In this document: one piece after another, positions 58,777 to 64,000 of the stretch
Layout: the number at the start of each line of letters is the position of its first letter
Position numbering within the stretch: the first letter of the stretch is position 1
NCBI GenBank assembly: GCA_947624565.1
Contig: CANQKX010000005.1
Span: forward strand, 3,125 to 67,124
DNA: 64,000 nt
Source: an uncultured Bacilli bacterium
Lineage (GTDB): Bacteria; Bacillota_I; Bacilli_A; RF39; UBA660
Direction of reading: 5' to 3'
Position numbers and translations under genes: made by a program
The notes under the pieces: generated by a model
What the model was told of the DNA's origin: nothing
Databases searched by the model: none
The model's input: only the letters and a program-made list of their open reading frames with translations

Positions 58777-60015
58777 ATGTTTGTAAGTCATATGTTTAAA
58801 GATGATATATTATATTTAGAAATTGATGTTAATTATGAATTTGGAGATTTTTTTAAAAATGGGAACAAATTTATTGATGAGGTAAAAAATTATATATCGC
58901 AAATGAAACTGAAATTAAAAAAAGGTAAAATAATACTTACTTGTGGTGGTGTTATTATTGGAAGTATAATACTAACAAATATTAACAGCCCAATTAGTAA
59001 TGAAAATATAAAATACGTACCTAGTTTAAAAAATGAAGTAACTTTTGCATTGGATAATAATGTTAATGAAGAAACTACAATTAAACCTGAAGAAAATATT
59101 GAAGTTAAAGATAAAGAAAATAATTTTGTTAATGAAAATAATGTTAATACACCTAAACAAGCAGTAAATAATAAATCATATTCAGAAAATCAAAATACTA
59201 ATAATCAAGTAACTATTCCAAGTGGACCTACAGTTATAGTACACAGAAGTAATGGCTCTGTTATAACTATTGGATTGGAAGAATATGTTATTGGTGTAGT
59301 AGCAGCAGAAATGCCTGCCTCATTTAATATTGAGGCTTTAAAAGCACAAAGCATACTTGCTAGAACATATGCGCTCAAAGCAACATCAACTGGTAAAATG
59401 CTTACAGATACTGTAAGTACGCAAGCTTATATTGATACAAATCAAATGAGAAATAATTGGGGATCTTCTTTTGATACTTATTATAATAAGATTAAAAGTG
59501 CTGTAGAATCTACAAATGGATTATATTTATCATACAATGGTACATATATAGAAGCGTTATATCATTCTACAAATAACGGAAAAACAGAATCATCCCTTGA
59601 TGTTTTTGGCAACTATTATCCTTATTTAATTAGTGTTTCATCAGATTATGATAAAAATGCATCTAGTTATCTAAGAACAATATCTATGGATTTAAATACA
59701 ATATCATCTAAACTTGGTATTAATTTAACACCTGAATCATTAATCGAAGTTATTAGTTATACTGATGGAACTAATATAAAAGAAATTAATATTGCAGGTT
59801 CAACATTTACTGGTAGACAAGTAAGAGAAGCATTAGGACTTAGAAGTGCAGACTTTGATATTATAATTAATGGAAATAATGCAAGTATTACAACTAGAGG
59901 TTATGGTCATGGTGTTGGCATGAGTCAATATGGCGCTAATGGCATGGCGAATGCAGGTTATGATTATCAAAGTATCTTATCACATTATTATCCTGGTACA
60001 GCAATAAAAAAATAG
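58777..60015 (+). CDS. spoIID: stage II sporulation protein D (SpoIID/LytB lytic transglycosylase)
   Basis: VVAAEMPASFNIEALKAQSILARTYALK, YHSTNNGKTE and GYGHGVGMSQYGANGMA motifs. The start (58750, 58765, 58777 or 58792) is uncertain. Confidence 0.88.
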   Translation: MFVSHMFKDDILYLEIDVNYEFGDFFKNGNKFIDEVKNYISQMKLKLKKGKIILTCGGVIIGSIILTNINSPISNENIKYVPSLKNEVTFALDNNVNEETTIKPEENIEVKDKENNFVNENNVNTPKQAVNNKSYSENQNTNNQVTIPSGPTVIVHRSNGSVITIGLEEYVIGVVAAEMPASFNIEALKAQSILARTYALKATSTGKMLTDTVSTQAYIDTNQMRNNWGSSFDTYYNKIKSAVESTNGLYLSYNGTYIEALYHSTNNGKTESSLDVFGNYYPYLISVSSDYDKNASSYLRTISMDLNTISSKLGINLTPESLIEVISYTDGTNIKEINIAGSTFTGRQVREALGLRSADFDIIINGNNASITTRGYGHGVGMSQYGANGMANAGYDYQSILSHYYPGTAIKK

Positions 60016-60034
60016 GATTTAAATCCTATTTTTT
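60005..60034. terminator. bidirectional terminator embedding both stop codons
   Basis: A7-ATAGGATTTAAATCCTAT-T5 palindrome. The spoIID TAG and the ABC-exporter TAA lie inside the stem. Confidence 0.65.
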
Positions 60035-61797
60035 AACTCTGATGTATATAGTTCTTTATATAATTTATTATTTTTTAATAGTTCACTATGAGTTCCTTCT
60101 CCTACTATATTCCCATTATCAATTAATAATATTCTATCACTATTTATTACTGTTGATAATCTATGTGCAATTATAAGTACAGTATTTTTATTTTTCATAT
60201 CACTAATTGCATCTTGTATATCTTTTTGTGTTTCATTATCTAAAGCACTTGTTGCTTCATCAAATAGTATTATCTCAGAATTTTTTACAAATGCTCTTGC
60301 TATTGCAAGTCTTTGTCTTTGGCCTCCTGATAAAGTTATACCACCTTCTCCAACTAAAGTATCATAATTATCTGGTAGAGACATAATAAAGTCATGAAGA
60401 GATGCCTTTTTACATGCATCAACTATTTCTTCATCTGTTGCATCTTCTTTAACGATTTTTAAATTTTCTTTTATACTAAAATTAAATATATATGGATTTT
60501 GAGTAATTATTGATATATTATTTCTAATTGTATTTTTACTTAATTTATTGATATCAATATTATCAATTAAAATTTTTCCTTTCCTTGGATGATATAATTT
60601 TGTTAATAAACTAAATATAGTACTTTTACCTCCACCACTCCTACCAACAAAGGCAACTGTTTCATTAGCATTTATTTTAAAGCTTAAATCTTTTATTATT
60701 GCTTTTTTTCTATTATATCCAAATGTTACATTGCAAAATTCAAAGTCACCATTAACTTTTTCTAAATCAATTGTACCAAAATCTTCTTTTCTAAACTTTT
60801 CTCCATCTAATATTTCAAAAACTCTAGATGCTGATAAATTAAAATTTCTTAAATATTCAAGTACATTAGATGTATAATTTAATAAATTATAAACTCTTTG
60901 TTGATACATATATAAAATTACCATATTTTCTATAGATAACATATCTAAAAATACAAGTTTTATTGATAAAAACATAAAACCAAGAGTAATTAAATCTTGA
61001 ATACTACCATTAATTAACATATATTTTCTATCAACAGATGACATCTCATATCTCTTATTATTTGTATCGTATAATCTGTTTTTTAATACATTTAGAAAAT
61101 TGTTTTCTGCACCTAATACTTTTACATCTCTAAGTCCCCTAACCATCTCACCAATTAGTCCCGTATTTTTTTCTCTTAATTTTCTAAACTCTTTATCGTT
61201 TATAAATCTCTTTTTAATTCTAATCTTATTTAAAACAAATAATAAAATTAGCGCACATAAAAAATATATAAATATTATTTTATTTACTACAAATATTGCA
61301 CCTAATACACCTATATTTACAACAACTTCTGTTATTGCTTCTGTTAACGATGCAAATATATCCGCAATATTTTCAGTATCCCTATTTAATCTATCAATGA
61401 AAATTCCAGATGAATTATTATCTATTTCCTCAGTTTCTAATTTTAAAGTTTCTTTAGCAAGTTCAAGTTGAACATCAGTTAATGTTTTTCTAAAAAACAA
61501 TTGAGAAGTTTTTCTTGCAAAAAATCTTGAAACATTTCTAGTTATTTCCACAATAAATATAAATATTGATATTTGAATTAGTGGAGACCAATTTGAATTA
61601 TTAATAAATAAAATTTGTTTTGCAGCAAGCATTGGCGAAAAAACTCCGATTATACATAATATTATATAAAATAGCATATATAATATTAAGTATTTCATAT
61701 TTCTCTTTACAAATCTCCATGTTAATTTTAAATTTCTTATTGATTCTTTAAAATCTATTTTTTTACTACTTTCTTCCACACTATACCTCCCATACAA
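60019..61797 (-). CDS. ABC exporter, fused permease/ATPase (MsbA-like)
   Basis: Six-TM N-terminal half. GRSGGGKST, LSGGQRQR and ILFDEATSALD motifs. Confidence 0.88.
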   Translation of the reverse strand: MYGRYSVEESSKKIDFKESIRNLKLTWRFVKRNMKYLILYMLFYIILCIIGVFSPMLAAKQILFINNSNWSPLIQISIFIFIVEITRNVSRFFARKTSQLFFRKTLTDVQLELAKETLKLETEEIDNNSSGIFIDRLNRDTENIADIFASLTEAITEVVVNIGVLGAIFVVNKIIFIYFLCALILLFVLNKIRIKKRFINDKEFRKLREKNTGLIGEMVRGLRDVKVLGAENNFLNVLKNRLYDTNNKRYEMSSVDRKYMLINGSIQDLITLGFMFLSIKLVFLDMLSIENMVILYMYQQRVYNLLNYTSNVLEYLRNFNLSASRVFEILDGEKFRKEDFGTIDLEKVNGDFEFCNVTFGYNRKKAIIKDLSFKINANETVAFVGRSGGGKSTIFSLLTKLYHPRKGKILIDNIDINKLSKNTIRNNISIITQNPYIFNFSIKENLKIVKEDATDEEIVDACKKASLHDFIMSLPDNYDTLVGEGGITLSGGQRQRLAIARAFVKNSEIILFDEATSALDNETQKDIQDAISDMKNKNTVLIIAHRLSTVINSDRILLIDNGNIVGEGTHSELLKNNKLYKELYTSELKNRI

Positions 61798-61892
61798 TAA
61801 GATTATACTTTATTATATACCCTTTTACAAGTCTTGAAATATAACAAAAAAAATGATATAATATTTATAGTAAAAAACTACACAAGGTAGTT

Positions 61893-62621
61893 TTATTTTG
61901 TTTTTTTATCATTTGCATATGCATATAATTGTTTTACTTCTTTAATAGTTAGTTTTCTATATTTACCAGATGTTAGACCTGATAAATTTATAAAACCTAT
62001 TGATTCTCTTTTTAGTTTTAAAACTTGATATCCAACGCTTTCAAATATTCTTTTTATTTCATGATTTCTACCATCATGAATCGTTATTTCTACAATTGAA
62101 GTATTATTTTTTTTATCAGTACTTTTTAATTTAACTCTATCAGGAATACATTTTACTTTATCTATAATTATTCCATCTTTTAATTTTTTTATAGAACTAC
62201 CATTGATAATTCCATTTAATTTAGCAATATATACTTTTGGTATATTATTTTTTGGATGTAACATCATATTAGTAAATTCTCCATCATTAGTTAAAAAAAT
62301 TATACCAGTAGTATCGTAATCAAGTCTTCCAACAGGGTATAATCTTTTTGATGAATCAAAAAAATCTACTACAGTTTTTCTTCCTTTATCATCATTTGTA
62401 GAACATATTACTCCTCTTGGTTTATAAAATACATAGTATTCTTTTTCTTGTTTAGATATAGCATTGCCATCTACTATTATTTCATCTTTTTCAGATACTT
62501 TGCTACCTAACTTGTTAACAATATTACCATTTACTAAAACTTTACTGTTTATAATATATTCTTCTGCTTTTCTTCTTGAACAAAAACCTGAATCGGATAT
62601 TGCTTTTTGTAATCTTATCAT
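61893..62621 (-). CDS. rluB: pseudouridine synthase (RsuA/RluB family)
   Basis: S4 domain (RLQKAISDSGFCSRRKAE) and the catalytic GRLDYDTTG motif. Confidence 0.88.
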   Translation of the reverse strand: MIRLQKAISDSGFCSRRKAEEYIINSKVLVNGNIVNKLGSKVSEKDEIIVDGNAISKQEKEYYVFYKPRGVICSTNDDKGRKTVVDFFDSSKRLYPVGRLDYDTTGIIFLTNDGEFTNMMLHPKNNIPKVYIAKLNGIINGSSIKKLKDGIIIDKVKCIPDRVKLKSTDKKNNTSIVEITIHDGRNHEIKRIFESVGYQVLKLKRESIGFINLSGLTSGKYRKLTIKEVKQLYAYANDKKTK

Positions 62622-62682
62622 AATAACACTTCCATTAATACATGCAAAGTATATCATAATTAAAAGAAATAATCAAGAATGA

Positions 62683-63696
62683 TTATTTCATATAAATATA
62701 TTCTTTATGTATACTTTGATTTTTATAAAATACTTCAATGTATCCAACCTGCTTAGTTTTTTTATCCTTTTTATTATACATTACAACATTAGTATTGATA
62801 TTTTCTCTTTCATTATTTGTCATTAAATAATAATAATTATTTTTAACATACAATTTGCCTTTATATTTATCACTTTTTATTTTTATTTTATCTTTATTTA
62901 TTATTAAATAATTCTTATAATTACTAAATCCATACTCATATAATTTTTTGTGAGTATCAAAATCATCAGGATCGTTAAAAGTTACTGCAATTAAATTAAC
63001 ATCTTTTTTAGTTGCACTAGTAACTAGAGTCCTTTTAGCTTTTTTAGTATATCCAGTTTTTCCACCAGTTGCATATTTATATGTGAATAATAATTTATTT
63101 TTATTAGTCCATGAATATGTTTTCATATCAGTTTCAACAATAATTTTTTTAGTGCTATCTATTTCTCTAAAATCAAACAAATTATTTGCATATTTCATTA
63201 AAAGTGCCATATCATAGCATGTTGAATAATTACCTTTTTCTTCGTCATCTAATCCGCTAGCATTATTAAATACAGTATTATTCATACCTATTTCTTTTGC
63301 TTTTTCGTTCATTTTTTTTACAAATTTATTATGACCTCCTAAAAAATCTTCTATAGCAAGTGCAGCATCATTTCCACTTCTTAAAAGTAATCCATATACT
63401 AAATTTCTAAGTGTAATTCTTTCATCTATAGACACATATATACCAGAACCATGTGATTTTGAAACACTATCATTAATTACAACTATCTCATCTAATTTAC
63501 CTGATTCAATTGCTAAAACTGCTGTCATTATTTTTGTTGTACTTGCGATTAATGATGCGTTATTAGCATTTTTAGAATATAGTACTCTACCAGAATCTTG
63601 ATCAATTAATATTGCATTATTACTTGGTATAGTTAATGCATTAACATTTAAATTAAATAAAAAGAATAAAACAATAAATATAAATATTTTTTTCAT
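62683..63696 (-). CDS. dacB: D-alanyl-D-alanine carboxypeptidase (S11; DacB/DacF-type)
   Basis: Signal peptide. ASTTK (SxxK), SGND (SxN) and KTGYT (KTG) motifs. The position upstream of rluB resembles B. subtilis dacB, so the symbol is tentative. Confidence 0.8.
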   Translation of the reverse strand: MKKIFIFIVLFFLFNLNVNALTIPSNNAILIDQDSGRVLYSKNANNASLIASTTKIMTAVLAIESGKLDEIVVINDSVSKSHGSGIYVSIDERITLRNLVYGLLLRSGNDAALAIEDFLGGHNKFVKKMNEKAKEIGMNNTVFNNASGLDDEEKGNYSTCYDMALLMKYANNLFDFREIDSTKKIIVETDMKTYSWTNKNKLLFTYKYATGGKTGYTKKAKRTLVTSATKKDVNLIAVTFNDPDDFDTHKKLYEYGFSNYKNYLIINKDKIKIKSDKYKGKLYVKNNYYYLMTNNERENINTNVVMYNKKDKKTKQVGYIEVFYKNQSIHKEYIYMK

Positions 63697-63753
63697 AATG
63701 ATACCTCAATATAATTTTATGAATATCTATAAAAAAAAAGACTATAAATAGTC

Positions 63754-64000
63754 TTATGAAGTATATATACCATGTAATTTTTCTATATCGCTATTGCTTA
63801 GTTCATCTAATTGCCATTCTCCATTTACTTTTGTTAAAGTAAATTCTATAGTATATTTTACTGTATCAGTTACATTTTCCATTTGAGTTATTTTATAATC
63901 CATAAATTTATCTTCATCATAGTCATTAGTTGTTGTTGCATCTCCTGTAGTTTCATTATCTTCAGAAGTTTCATCATCTGCATTTTCTTCTATTTTTTTA
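63754..64000 (-). CDS. hypothetical protein, 5' part outside the window
   Basis: Open minus-strand frame ending ...GEWQLDELSNSDIEKLHGIYTS-stop. Terminator hairpin AAGACTAT/ATAGTCTT at 63739-63756. Confidence 0.4.
   Translation of the reverse strand, partial: KKIEENADDETSEDNETTGDATTTNDYDEDKFMDYKITQMENVTDTVKYTIEFTLTKVNGEWQLDELSNSDIEKLHGIYTS

Overview
Very AT-rich chromosomal window, by eye roughly three-quarters A+T, from an endospore-forming Firmicute. All protein calls rest on motif recognition in the translated ORFs; I could run no searches. About 65 protein genes are present, mostly on the minus strand. There are also 17 tRNAs at seven loci (all with encoded CCA, no rRNA), a type-B RNase P RNA and one T-box leader.

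Core content:
- Repair and replication: T-box-controlled gltX, compact addAB, a UvrD-like helicase, recA with a LexA box, recU-ponA-dnaD-cca.
- Envelope and lipid carrier: uppS, rodZ-like plus pgsA, gpsB next to rnpB, a PAP2 phosphatase, DUF368.
- Metabolism and RNA: rny, phosphoketolase, rluB.
- Sporulation: spoIID, dacB-like.
- The rnpB-gpsB-recU-ponA-dnaD order is Bacillus-like.

Less ordinary parts:
1. A 1.5 kb block at 43.2-44.7 kb, next to a tRNA array. It holds a divergent XRE regulator, an unknown 74-aa ORF and an MvaI/BcnI-like PD-(D/E)XK endonuclease. No methyltransferase is recognisable anywhere in the window.
2. A spore-surface neighbourhood at 35.1-42.6 kb. It holds sortase B abutting an NPKTSD-anchored beta-helix protein, three collagen-like BclA-type genes, cwlJ, a CotY/CotZ/ExsY-like protein, an EIIB-like protein without the active Cys, and a SEDS protein.
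3. An Amidase_3 plus four-LysM protein in which three of the four catalytic or zinc positions are substituted.
4. A split three-gene activase/DUF2229 module.
5. A divergent sigma-70-like protein.
6. tRNA oddities: a Glu-CUC/Gln-CUG pair and a tRNA-Ala with C33.

I saw no CRISPR array, transposase, integrase or reverse transcriptase. Nothing here is unambiguously a new system. The methylase-less nuclease block and the SrtB/collagen spore-surface cluster are the best candidates.
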